From NCBI GenBank assembly GCA_029244925.1, contig JAQWQE010000010.1:1-61254 (forward strand): a stretch of 61,254 nt of DNA. Reading direction: 5' to 3'. The notes beneath the pieces are model-generated. The model was not told where the DNA came from, did not search any database, and saw nothing but the letters and a program-made list of their open reading frames with translations. This document shows positions 1 to 9,345 of the stretch, one piece after another. The position numbers and the translations under genes are program-made. Source of the stretch: Gammaproteobacteria bacterium. GTDB taxonomy: Bacteria > Pseudomonadota > Gammaproteobacteria > Steroidobacterales > UBA11654. Positions within the stretch are counted from its first letter, which is position 1. Each line of letters begins with the position of its first letter.

Positions 1-83
1 TTCTTTGGGTAATTGCATTCAGCAAAAGTCATTGAGCTAAAAGCCATTAATGAGATGATTATGAGTATTTTTTTCTTATACAT
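1..83 (-). CDS. N-terminus of an exported hypothetical protein, running off the window edge
   Basis: Reverse strand from ATG at 83 reads MYKKKILIIISLMAFSSMTFAECNYPK: basic N-region, hydrophobic core, TFA|E cleavage-like site; open to the edge. Confidence 0.7.
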   Translation of the reverse strand, partial: MYKKKILIIISLMAFSSMTFAECNYPK

Positions 84-159
84 GTTTATTGATCCGCTTT
101 AAATATTAAAATAGAGTACTAGATTATATCCAATAAAAATAATTATTTTAAGATCAAAA

Positions 160-750
160 ATGATGGAGAAAGTGAGTCAAATTAATAAAAGCATTCAAAA
201 GTGGGAGATTGAAAAAAAGAGTCGAAGCCTGTCAGAAGCCATTGAAGAATCAACATTAGAGTTCAAAGACATACATCAAGGTATGGAGATTTTAGCATTT
301 GCAGCTGCAATGAGGGCATTAGGCTTATCAAATAGGGACCTCCAGCCCAGAAAGTTGTCTAATTACATCAGGTCCGGCTATCTTCAAATCCAAATTATAT
401 GTTCAATCATATTGTTTCAATTTAGAGGGGATGATGGTGTCAGCAGAGATGACCTCTATGATTCTGTTTGCGATGTTTTCCCGGCAACGACCTTCGCAAA
501 TTTCAGGAAAGTTCTATCAATAGGTGTTGAGAGCGAGATCTTCATTCGAGGAAAAGACCCAGGTGACTCAAGAAGAACACTCTATAAAATGTCAGAAGAC
601 ATGATGGGACCTCTAACAAATTATTTTACCAACACCATAAAAGACTTTGATCAATTATTCTCAAGTGTTTTTGATGGAGCACTGAGTAAGGAGGATATAA
701 TTAATCTTGAAGAATTCATCATGAATAGTACTTCTATAAGGCCTAAGTAG
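160..750 (+). CDS. Hypothetical protein with C-terminal MarR-like winged helix, putative regulator
   Basis: IFIRGKDPGDSRRTLYKMSE resembles the MarR wing motif DPxDxR. Confidence 0.55.
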   Translation: MMEKVSQINKSIQKWEIEKKSRSLSEAIEESTLEFKDIHQGMEILAFAAAMRALGLSNRDLQPRKLSNYIRSGYLQIQIICSIILFQFRGDDGVSRDDLYDSVCDVFPATTFANFRKVLSIGVESEIFIRGKDPGDSRRTLYKMSEDMMGPLTNYFTNTIKDFDQLFSSVFDGALSKEDIINLEEFIMNSTSIRPK

Positions 751-779
751 TCGAGCGAGAAGAATTAATTGCTTTTATC

Positions 780-916
780 TATTGATCAATAATGTAAATA
801 AAGTTAAAAAAATAACCTAATTAAACGCTGCCTATTTCAAATTAGATGACATATAATCCACATCATTAACAACATGTAACTTAATGTAAAAAAGTAAAAA
901 TGTTGTTTACAAACAA
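780..916. promoter_or_regulatory. Palindromes and direct repeats upstream of the capsule-export genes
   Basis: TATTGATCAATA (780-791), TTGTTT-AC-AAACAA (903-916), imperfect direct repeat AATGTAAA(T)AAAGT(T)AAAAA at 791-810 and 883-900. Confidence 0.3.
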
Positions 917-1004
917 TATGAATTGTAGAAAAATCACTTAGTAGGGCTTAATAAGCTCAGGTAGGTGCTTTAAAATAAAGTTAATACACAGGGGATCATC
1001 ACAG

Positions 1005-1706
1005 ATGAAATTATTTAAGAAACTAGGAACTTATTTTTCAATGCTAACGCTCTTACTGAGTGGTACAAGCTTAAAGTCTATTGCCTCAGAAGGCGAAGAA
1101 GGCTCTGAAGCATTTGATGATCCAAATGCAAACACAGAAGAAGAGGATTCTTCAGGCGAGTCTCAAGATGCTGCTGAAAGTAGCTCTACCTCGGGCTCAA
1201 ACGGATCTGCAGGTGCAGGTGCAGGAGTCTGGGTTGCTATAACAGGCGCTGTATTAGCTGTATTCAGCGGTGGATCTTCTGAGTTTATTACTCCTTCAGG
1301 AGGACCCCCTGTTGTTCCGCCAACGCCAACACCAACACCAACACCAACGCCAACGCCAACGCCTACACCAACGCCTACACCTACACCAACACCTGTTGTT
1401 GATACAACTGGTGCTCCTACAACTGAAGGCGCTATTACAACTGCTGGTATTACTACTACAGGCGCTGCAACAACTGAAGGTGCTGTTACAACTGAAGGTG
1501 CTGAAACTACAGGCGCTGCAACAACTGAAGGTGCTGTTACAACTGAAGGTGCTGTTACAACTGAAGGCGCTGTTACAACCGCTGGTATTACTACTACAGG
1601 CGCTGCAACAACTGAAGGCGCAACTACGACAGTAACAACTGGTACAACTGACATGGCTACTACTACAACGTCGACTACCAGTACAGCGACTAATACTGGA
1701 CAATAG
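1005..1706 (+). CDS. Secreted or membrane-anchored Thr/Pro-rich low-complexity protein, GfcA/YjbE-like positional analogue
   Basis: Signal peptide, acidic segment, Gly/Ala/Val hydrophobic stretch (AGAGVWVAITGAVLAVFSG), (PT)12, TTEGA repeats, Thr-rich tail; directly upstream of the yjbH-like gene. Confidence 0.75.
   Translation: MKLFKKLGTYFSMLTLLLSGTSLKSIASEGEEGSEAFDDPNANTEEEDSSGESQDAAESSSTSGSNGSAGAGAGVWVAITGAVLAVFSGGSSEFITPSGGPPVVPPTPTPTPTPTPTPTPTPTPTPTPTPVVDTTGAPTTEGAITTAGITTTGAATTEGAVTTEGAETTGAATTEGAVTTEGAVTTEGAVTTAGITTTGAATTEGATTTVTTGTTDMATTTTSTTSTATNTGQ
1320..1391 (+). repeat. 12 x 6-bp tandem repeat (CCWACR) encoding (Pro-Thr)12
   Basis: Counted from the sequence; flanked on both sides by CCTGTTGTT. 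Confidence 0.95.
1404..1640 (+). repeat. Degenerate 15/18-bp tandem repeats (ACAACTGAAGGTGCTGTT) encoding TTEGAV/TTAGI/TTGAA
   Basis: Includes an identical 38-bp block at 1443-1480 and 1581-1618. Confidence 0.9.
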
Positions 1707-1792
1707 AAATAGCCTCAATAGGCAGAAGTTTGCAATAGAGATAAACCGCTAAATTTCTTGTTAAAAAAAGGAAGTAGAGCTTTTAAACTAGT

Positions 1793-4033
1793 ATGAGAAA
1801 GTTTCTTCTATTTCCGCTTCTTATTATTTCTATGTTTCCAGTATTTGGGAATGATAGTAGCGAGAATGATTTTGATTACTTTATCCCAAGGTCACAGAAT
1901 TCATTTGGTGGAATCGGATCAGTAATTACCCCAACAGCAAGATTTTCTGATGATGGAGAGTTTACGTTTGGCCTCTCAAAAGAGCTTCCTTACAATAGGA
2001 TCTACGCCAAGATGCAATTTATGCCTTGGATGGAAGCTGTCCTAAAATACACAGAAACAACTCATTACTCTTATAACAATTCATTTGTGCAGACATGGAA
2101 AGATAAAGGTATTGATGTCAAATTTAGGTTACTGGAAGAAGGTAAGTCTAACTTCGGATTATTAGATGAATCATTAATTCCAGAATTAGCAGTAGGGATC
2201 AATGACATCGGTGGAACTGGCTCTTATGACTCACAATATTTTGTTGCTAGCAAGAGGATAAGTCAAAAGCTAGATTTTACAATGGGATTGGGCTTTGGAA
2301 GGCTAGCTGGTGCTGAGCATATAAATAATCCCGTAGAGGGAATTCTTGATTCTTTTTCAACATACAGTCCTAACGGAGGAACCCTGAATATAGGGAGATG
2401 GTTTAGTGGTCCGAAAGCAGCATTCTTCGGAGGCTTCGAATATTTAACACCTATTGATAATCTAACCTTAAAAGTCGAATACGATTCGACAGACTATTCC
2501 AATATTATTAATAAGCCGATGTACTATGATAAAAACCCTCAAGATATCATTACAATCGATTCAAGAATAAATTACGCACTAAATTACCGTTTAAATATAG
2601 GTACCAGAGATAAACTTGATTTTTCGATAGGATCTATTCATGGAAATACCATTTATGCAAATGTTGCCGTTCACTCCAACCTAAACGATCCAATTAGAGA
2701 TAAATATACGGCACCAGCTGAGAATATTATAAATTCTAATCTAATTCCTTATAATCGTTTACCTATTGAGTATAAAAAATATCTTACTGACTCGATAATG
2801 TGGCAGATGTCTCAGGTTGGCTTTGCTACCCATAGTATTATTTTTAATGGAAATGAATTGCAGGCAGAGATTAGTCAGGGGAGATTTCAAAAGCCGGTGC
2901 AAGCAATTGATTTAGCTGCAAGAATATTGGCTAAAAATTCACCTAATAATATTGAAAAAATCACAGTTATCAATATTGATCAAGGAATTGAAACATTCAG
3001 AGCTTCAATTGATCGTGATGATTTTATAAGATCTGTTTCAAGAGGGCCTCTAGACGGCACTCTTTTGGATATAAATAATCGTGACGTAACTCTAGATGAT
3101 GATTCTGTAACAATAGAGAATGATTGGTTATACCCTAATTATAATTGGTCAATAAGGCCTCATGCAATAGGAACATTACAGCATCAACAAAAGTTCTACT
3201 TTTGGCAGATGGAGGCACTTGCCCATGTTGGAGTATCATTTACAAAAAACCTGCATTTCTATGCAGATTATGGGATTAATATTAAAAATAACTTTGAAGG
3301 ATACACATACCATATACCTGATGGTCAGCTATATCATGTTAGACAAGATAGAAGACTCTATCTCAAGGGAGGTGAAAGCGGTATAAGAAGAATGCATTTT
3401 GATTATTTGTGGGAAGCTTCTAATCCGAATATTAAAGGCAGATTAAGTGGGGGTCTTCTAGAATGGATGTATGGTGGAATTGGAGGAGAAGTTTTATATA
3501 TGCCAGGAAGTCATAACTGGGCTATTGGGCTTGAGGCATGGTGGGTTAAACAGAGAGATTTTGATCAAAGGTTTGATTTCAAAGATTATGAAACTGTTAC
3601 CGGTTTTTTGAACTTATATCGGGATCTCCCATTTTATGACATGAGATTTAAAATGAGTGCTGGAAAATTCTTAGGTAAAGATACAGGGGTACACTTAGAT
3701 CTCTCAAGAAGGTTCAAAAATGGAGGCAGGGTTGGCGGAATCGTTGCTCTTACAGATTGTGATTCGGTTTGTACTGGAGAGGGAAGTTTCAATAAATGGA
3801 TCTATTTTGAGTTACCGATGGATCTTTTTTATGTCAATAGATCTACAAGGTCCAGGACAAATTATGCTTGGGCACCATTGACGAAAGATCAAGGATCTAA
3901 GGTAGAGCCAGGAAGTCTTTACTCGTTAATGGTAAATTCAACGGATGAAATTGAGTCAATTAGAATGAAACAGAAATCTTATTCTATTGTTAAGTTTTTA
4001 TCCGGGTTTGGCACAACACCCAAAAAAAACTAA
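1793..4033 (+). CDS. yjbH: YjbH/GfcD (WbfB) family outer-membrane exopolysaccharide export protein
   Basis: Motifs NSFGGIG..TPTARF, KDKGID.KFRLL, P.LAVG..DIGGTG, G.LEWMYGG.GGEVLY, KQRDF, GKFLGKD.G...DLSRRF.NG, WAPLTKD.G. Confidence 0.88.
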   Translation: MRKFLLFPLLIISMFPVFGNDSSENDFDYFIPRSQNSFGGIGSVITPTARFSDDGEFTFGLSKELPYNRIYAKMQFMPWMEAVLKYTETTHYSYNNSFVQTWKDKGIDVKFRLLEEGKSNFGLLDESLIPELAVGINDIGGTGSYDSQYFVASKRISQKLDFTMGLGFGRLAGAEHINNPVEGILDSFSTYSPNGGTLNIGRWFSGPKAAFFGGFEYLTPIDNLTLKVEYDSTDYSNIINKPMYYDKNPQDIITIDSRINYALNYRLNIGTRDKLDFSIGSIHGNTIYANVAVHSNLNDPIRDKYTAPAENIINSNLIPYNRLPIEYKKYLTDSIMWQMSQVGFATHSIIFNGNELQAEISQGRFQKPVQAIDLAARILAKNSPNNIEKITVINIDQGIETFRASIDRDDFIRSVSRGPLDGTLLDINNRDVTLDDDSVTIENDWLYPNYNWSIRPHAIGTLQHQQKFYFWQMEALAHVGVSFTKNLHFYADYGINIKNNFEGYTYHIPDGQLYHVRQDRRLYLKGGESGIRRMHFDYLWEASNPNIKGRLSGGLLEWMYGGIGGEVLYMPGSHNWAIGLEAWWVKQRDFDQRFDFKDYETVTGFLNLYRDLPFYDMRFKMSAGKFLGKDTGVHLDLSRRFKNGGRVGGIVALTDCDSVCTGEGSFNKWIYFELPMDLFYVNRSTRSRTNYAWAPLTKDQGSKVEPGSLYSLMVNSTDEIESIRMKQKSYSIVKFLSGFGTTPKKN

Positions 4034-4074
4034 ATAATTCTTTAATATAGTCCTACTGACTAAATAAAAGAATC

Positions 4075-5625
4075 ATGAACCAGAGCCCAGAAAATATAAT
4101 CACTAAAAATATTACTAGCGATATAGGATCAATATTTAGTAAGGGAAAGATAGGTATTGAAAAGGAAAGCCTTAGAGTTAGAGACTTAAGAATATCCAAG
4201 ACCGATCATCCCAATAAATTGGGCTCTGCTTTATGCAATAAATACATAACAACAGATTTTTCTGAAGCACAACTAGAGCTAGTTACACCACCTTTCAAAG
4301 ATAAAATGAAGGCACTTCATTTTTTAGAGAATATTCATCAATTCGTTAATTTAAATATTGATGATGAGATCCTCTGGCCATTTTCTTTTCCTCCCCAAGC
4401 TAATTCTGAAAAAGATATCAGAATTGCTCAGTATGGGAAATCAAATGCAGCATTATTCAAGGAGATATATAGAAAAGGTTTAGCAAGCAGGTATGGGAGA
4501 AGAATGCAGGCAATTTCAGGCATTCATATCAATTATTCGCTTCCACCTAGATTATTAGAGGAGATTTCCTTGCAAGAAAGGCAACATTCTTCATCTAGTC
4601 ATCATTCTGAGGTTTATTTTAGAATGATGAGAAATTTATATAGGGTAAATTGGCTAATTCTTTATTTATTTGGAGCCTCACCAATTCTGACAAAGGATCA
4701 TTTGAATAAAGAATCTAAGAACTTTAAGAAAATAGATAAGAATACATTTTATTTGCCATACGCTACTTCCTTAAGAATGAGCGATTTAGGATATCAGAAT
4801 GCTGATAGAGTTAAACTAGAGGTTTCGACTGATAGTATTGACGAATATATTTCTGACTTAGTAGGCGCCACTAAAACAGAATTTAAGGGATATACAAGAA
4901 TAGGAGAATATAAAAATGAAGATTCTTCTCAGCTAAATTCAAATATCTTGCAAATTGATGATGAATACTATGCAATTGCCAGACCAAAGAGCTCAAATAT
5001 TTCTGATATGAGGCTTACATCAAAGCTTAAGAATTATGGAGTGGATTATATTGAGCTGAGATCTCTAGATTTAAACCCATTTAATAGAAACGGTCTTGAT
5101 CTTGAAACAATACATTTTATTGAATTACTGTTTCTTCATTGCTTGTTAAAAACAAGTCCCAAGATTTCTAAAGATGAAATGAAGGAAATAAGGAATAATG
5201 ACTCTTTAGTATCAAGGACTGGAAGAAAGCCTGATCTTAACCTTTCTGAAAATCAAAAAAATATCAGTCTAAAAAGCTGGGCGCTTAGGATTATTGAAGA
5301 GATAAGCGAAATTGCTGAAGGTATGGATGGAGCAAAAAACATATATTCTGAATCACTTAATAACATGAAAAAGAAGGTTCTTGATCCTGATATAACACTT
5401 TCAAACAAGCTATTAGATAAAGTCCTCTCTGAGAAATTGGGGTTTAGTGAATTAGGCAACATGATAGGTTTAGATAATAAGGAATATTTCCTCAAATCAG
5501 AAAAAAATAAAAATTTGGAGCTTTTAGAAAAGGAAGCCATGTCTTCAATTGTCGACCAGAGAAGTCTAGAAGAAAAAGATTCTAAAACATTTAAGGAATA
5601 TCTTGGTGACTACTCCTCAAGTTAA
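4075..5625 (+). CDS. gshA: Glutamate--cysteine ligase
   Basis: GIEKESLRV, YITTDFSEAQLELVTP, YGRRMQAISGIHINYS, LYLFGASP, PYATSLRMSDLGY, YIELRSLDLNPF. Confidence 0.95.
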   Translation: MNQSPENIITKNITSDIGSIFSKGKIGIEKESLRVRDLRISKTDHPNKLGSALCNKYITTDFSEAQLELVTPPFKDKMKALHFLENIHQFVNLNIDDEILWPFSFPPQANSEKDIRIAQYGKSNAALFKEIYRKGLASRYGRRMQAISGIHINYSLPPRLLEEISLQERQHSSSSHHSEVYFRMMRNLYRVNWLILYLFGASPILTKDHLNKESKNFKKIDKNTFYLPYATSLRMSDLGYQNADRVKLEVSTDSIDEYISDLVGATKTEFKGYTRIGEYKNEDSSQLNSNILQIDDEYYAIARPKSSNISDMRLTSKLKNYGVDYIELRSLDLNPFNRNGLDLETIHFIELLFLHCLLKTSPKISKDEMKEIRNNDSLVSRTGRKPDLNLSENQKNISLKSWALRIIEEISEIAEGMDGAKNIYSESLNNMKKKVLDPDITLSNKLLDKVLSEKLGFSELGNMIGLDNKEYFLKSEKNKNLELLEKEAMSSIVDQRSLEEKDSKTFKEYLGDYSSS

Positions 5626-5855
5626 CTTCTCTTAGGGACTTTTAATTAAATTAAGAGAACTTTCTGCCATTTCTTTTACAAGTCTCTTGCCCGTTAGGAG
5701 ACCTTTCTGATCATTAATCGATTCTACATAACATTTGATTGAAACATTATGTAACTAATATATAGTTTGAGACTATGATTAAACGAATAAAACTGTAAAA
5801 TACTTTGGTTTCTATTGCGGATAATAGAAAACAGGTTTAGAAAAGTAAGCTACTT

Positions 5856-8711
5856 ATGAAAACTATAATAATACTATTATTGCTAATAACAACATCACCT
5901 TCTTTCGCACAGATGGATGATTCATCATTGCTTCAAAGCTTAACAGGCGGTATGCAAACATCAAAAGCTAAGTCAGATAAAGAAGATGAAGCCTCAGAAG
6001 ATAAAGCAAACCCAGAAACAGAAGAAAAGGTGGAGATTAATTTTGAAGATCCAAGCTATGGATATACGGGAGGCAAAAGTTTTAAAGTGCCTCCACAATC
6101 TAAATTTTCAACCAAACCTCTTGCATACTTTGGTTATGACTTTTTCATTGATGCACCTACGACATTTGCACAAATAAAGAATGCTCCTGTTCCTCCTGAT
6201 TATGTTTTAGGTCCTAATGATAGGATCAAAATTAATACATACGGCAGTATTCAAACTTTTACAGATGAGAGAATTTCCAGAGATGGCGACATTTTCATCC
6301 CAGAAATTGGACCAGTAATGGCAGCTGGATTAACCTTTAAGGAATTCAAAGAAAGCTTAAATGCAATAATTGAGAATCAATTAATAGGTACGCAAGCAAA
6401 TATAACCCTAGGTTCACTCAGATCTATAGACATATTTGTTCTTGGAGAGGCACTACAACCCGGTATGTATAATATCAGTGCGCTTTCAACCCTAGTCAAT
6501 GCGGTTATTAAGAGCGGAGGAATAGCTCCAACAGGCTCATTGAGAAACATACAGTTGAAAAGAAATGGGAAAGTTGTTTCTAACTTTGATTTTTATGACT
6601 TGCTTTTAAAAGGCGACACAAGCAATGACAAAAGACTTATGCAGGGGGATGTAGTCTTTATTCCACCAATAACTAAAACTGTAGGCATATCAGGACAAAT
6701 TGCCAGACCGGGTATATATGAATTAAGAGATGATGAAACACTAAAGGATCTCATAAATTTTGCAGGAAGCTTAAAGCCCAAAGCTGATTTACTTTCAGTT
6801 GATCTTCAAAGAGTTGAGCCATTAAATGACGGATATAACTTAATGCAAATTAATTTAAACAACGATCTTAAATTAAAGAATGGAGATGTTTTATCAATAC
6901 ATCCAGTTCCAGATAATTTGAAAAATGCCATTCTTTTGAGTGGCCATGCCAAACAACCAGGTTTCGTTGCCTTGACAGATGGAACGAGAATTGGAGATCT
7001 ATTGTCTTCACAAGATGATTTGCTAGCTATGACAGATTTAAACTATGTTTTAGTCAAACGTGAAGACAAGAAAACTAATGATATTCAATTTCTTCAAGTT
7101 GACTTAGAAGATGTTTTTCAGGATAAGCAGTCTGAATCTAATATCTTATTGTCTGAAAAAGATGAAGTACTCTTACTACCAAGCCTTTTAACGCCTGACG
7201 TAATTACCACAAGACTGATTGAAGACGATTACACTATAAATGAAAAAGGTGAGATCGTAATGGTAAATGAATGGAATTCACCAACATACTTAAGGAAGTC
7301 ATTAATGCAGGAAGCAGTGAGTCTTGAAGAAAGTAATTTAAATGTAGATAGTGAATTTAGTGGTAAGTATAAGACACAACCTACTGAGATCCAGGCAAAA
7401 GAGGGATCAATAATGAGGTACTACGAGTATTCAATTTATGATTACTGTTCGCTGCCAGAAGATTTAGCTATTAGTACCATTGAATCATCTGGTTTTAGAG
7501 CTAAAAAATCAGTCCCACTAGAAGATCTTGGCGATATTAAAACTCCACAAGATGTGCTTGACCTTCAGGAGGAAATTGAGGATGAAAGAGCAGAAAAATC
7601 AGATTCTTCTATAGCTGTTGACATTACTTTTTTCTGCAGAGAACAGCTACTCAAACCATTTGTAGAAATTATTGAACGACAAATAGATGAAGATGGAGAG
7701 GAGGATATTATATCTGTTTATGGAAATGTTCATTTCCCAGGTGATTACCCACTTACTAATAACATGGATTTAGCCGATGCTATAAAAGCAGCAGGAGGAC
7801 AGAAAAATTCAACATATTCTTCAGAAATAGAGTTAAGTAGAAGTGATGTAACAGGTAAAAAGATATCTGTTTATAACTCTATAGCTTCTTATTCCGATAA
7901 AAATTCTATGACCATGAAATTAAAAGAAAGAGATATAGTTAATCTCAAGGAAATATCAAATAATGTTAAGACAGTTGAAATTACAGGAGAGGTATTTTTT
8001 GCAGGGACTTACCCAATTTCTGAAAATCAGACAATCAATGAATTAATAAACAGGGCTGGTGGCTTAACAGAATATGCATCAGCTAATGCTGCAAGATTTA
8101 TAAGGAAATCATTGCAAGAGTCTGAAATGCAAAGACTAGAAAATGCTAGATCTGAACTCAAAAGGAAAATAGTACTTTCAAGCCAGGCTGCTGGATTAGG
8201 AGAAAATCCCTTAAGTGGTGGTGCAATAAATCAACTTACTTCACTTCTGACAGAGGATTCTCCCCAAGATGAAGCTTTAGGGAGACTTGTTATTGACCTT
8301 GATGCCATTATGGATGGTTATGATTCGGATATTATTTTAGAAGATGGCGACAAATTACATATACCTAAGGTCCAACAAACTATTTCAGTAATTGGAGAAG
8401 TATATGTACCAAATACTCACGTTTTTAAATCAAAACTTGGAATTAATGATTATATAAATTTAAGTGGAGGGGCAAACGAATTTGCTGACAGTAATACTAT
8501 TTATATAGTGAAATCTGACGGCAGTATTATATCTCCTGATCAATTGTCAAAAAGTGGTTTTTTTCGGGCTAGCTCAAGTATTCTAGAAAATGGTGATACC
8601 ATTGTTGTACCTCTAACTGTCAAGCCATTCTCTGCAATTAGAGCAACCACTGAGGTGACTCAGATCATTTATCAGATGGCATTAGCAGCAGCTGCAGTTA
8701 ATAGTTTTTAA
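5856..8711 (+). CDS. Polysaccharide export protein with Poly_export and multiple SLBB domains (Wza/KpsD/OtnA type)
   Basis: Signal peptide, FGYDFF, PVPPDYVLGPND, GSLRNIQLKRNG, FDFYDLLLKGD, repeated G.V..PG.Y SLBB units, C-terminal TQIIYQMALAAAAV. Confidence 0.9.
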   Translation: MKTIIILLLLITTSPSFAQMDDSSLLQSLTGGMQTSKAKSDKEDEASEDKANPETEEKVEINFEDPSYGYTGGKSFKVPPQSKFSTKPLAYFGYDFFIDAPTTFAQIKNAPVPPDYVLGPNDRIKINTYGSIQTFTDERISRDGDIFIPEIGPVMAAGLTFKEFKESLNAIIENQLIGTQANITLGSLRSIDIFVLGEALQPGMYNISALSTLVNAVIKSGGIAPTGSLRNIQLKRNGKVVSNFDFYDLLLKGDTSNDKRLMQGDVVFIPPITKTVGISGQIARPGIYELRDDETLKDLINFAGSLKPKADLLSVDLQRVEPLNDGYNLMQINLNNDLKLKNGDVLSIHPVPDNLKNAILLSGHAKQPGFVALTDGTRIGDLLSSQDDLLAMTDLNYVLVKREDKKTNDIQFLQVDLEDVFQDKQSESNILLSEKDEVLLLPSLLTPDVITTRLIEDDYTINEKGEIVMVNEWNSPTYLRKSLMQEAVSLEESNLNVDSEFSGKYKTQPTEIQAKEGSIMRYYEYSIYDYCSLPEDLAISTIESSGFRAKKSVPLEDLGDIKTPQDVLDLQEEIEDERAEKSDSSIAVDITFFCREQLLKPFVEIIERQIDEDGEEDIISVYGNVHFPGDYPLTNNMDLADAIKAAGGQKNSTYSSEIELSRSDVTGKKISVYNSIASYSDKNSMTMKLKERDIVNLKEISNNVKTVEITGEVFFAGTYPISENQTINELINRAGGLTEYASANAARFIRKSLQESEMQRLENARSELKRKIVLSSQAAGLGENPLSGGAINQLTSLLTEDSPQDEALGRLVIDLDAIMDGYDSDIILEDGDKLHIPKVQQTISVIGEVYVPNTHVFKSKLGINDYINLSGGANEFADSNTIYIVKSDGSIISPDQLSKSGFFRASSSILENGDTIVVPLTVKPFSAIRATTEVTQIIYQMALAAAAVNSF

Positions 8712-8790
8712 GATGTTCATATATATAAAACATATAACTCCTATTGATTTTTTTGATTATTAGCACAAAGATCCTTTAGCCAAAACTAGT

Positions 8791-9327
8791 ATGAAAAAAA
8801 AAGACCTCATCTGGACGCTAATATATACAAAAGCTAAACAAGAAATAAGAGCAAAAACAAATCTTCAGAATCAAGGCTTTGAAGTATTTCTTCCTATTAT
8901 TTCTATAGAAAAACTTACTGAGATATCAAAAAAAGAAAAGCTAGATGCAATGTTCCCTAGGTATCTATTTATCAGACTAAACCCTGCTGAAGATTGGTCA
9001 TCTATTCGTTCAACCAAGGGAGTCAGCAATATAATTTTTTTTGGCCAAGAGATTGCACAAGTACCTATTCAACTAATTAACTATTTAAAGCTAAAAACAG
9101 ATAAAAAAGGTGTCTTTAAACAAAAGAAAATTGAACGTGATTTCAAAAGAGGAGAAAGAATAAAAATTAAGAAAGGCACATTTCAAGGAATGGAAGCCAC
9201 ATTCTTATCTAAAAGCAGTAAAGACCGAGTGAGATTATTGTTAAAATTTACAAATCAACTTACTACAGCTCAACTACCAGCCTCTGATGTTGGTAAGAAA
9301 GAAGTCATAGAATCTTTTAGAATGTAA
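8791..9327 (+). CDS. rfaH: Transcription antiterminator RfaH (NusG paralogue)
   Basis: W.LIYTKAKQE.RA..NL.NQGFE.FLP, MFPRYLF, IRSTKGV, KOW domain GER.KIK.G.F.G. Confidence 0.9.
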   Translation: MKKKDLIWTLIYTKAKQEIRAKTNLQNQGFEVFLPIISIEKLTEISKKEKLDAMFPRYLFIRLNPAEDWSSIRSTKGVSNIIFFGQEIAQVPIQLINYLKLKTDKKGVFKQKKIERDFKRGERIKIKKGTFQGMEATFLSKSSKDRVRLLLKFTNQLTTAQLPASDVGKKEVIESFRM

Positions 9328-9345
9328 TTTCATAAAAATTCTTCT

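Noticed and set aside
1404-1640. Repeat array as a possible CRISPR
   Set aside because: Units are 15-18 bp, contiguous, in frame and have no unique spacers; no cas genes.
1163-1718. Overlapping ORFs 1163-1654(-), 1270-1635(+) and 1296-1718(-)
   Set aside because: Shadows of the stop-free tandem repeats; only 1005-1706 has a signal peptide, RBS and sensible context.
5632-5754. About 40-codon open frame on the minus strand between gshA and the exporter (VSIKCYVESINDQKG...)
   Set aside because: No start codon near its 5' end and no recognisable homology.
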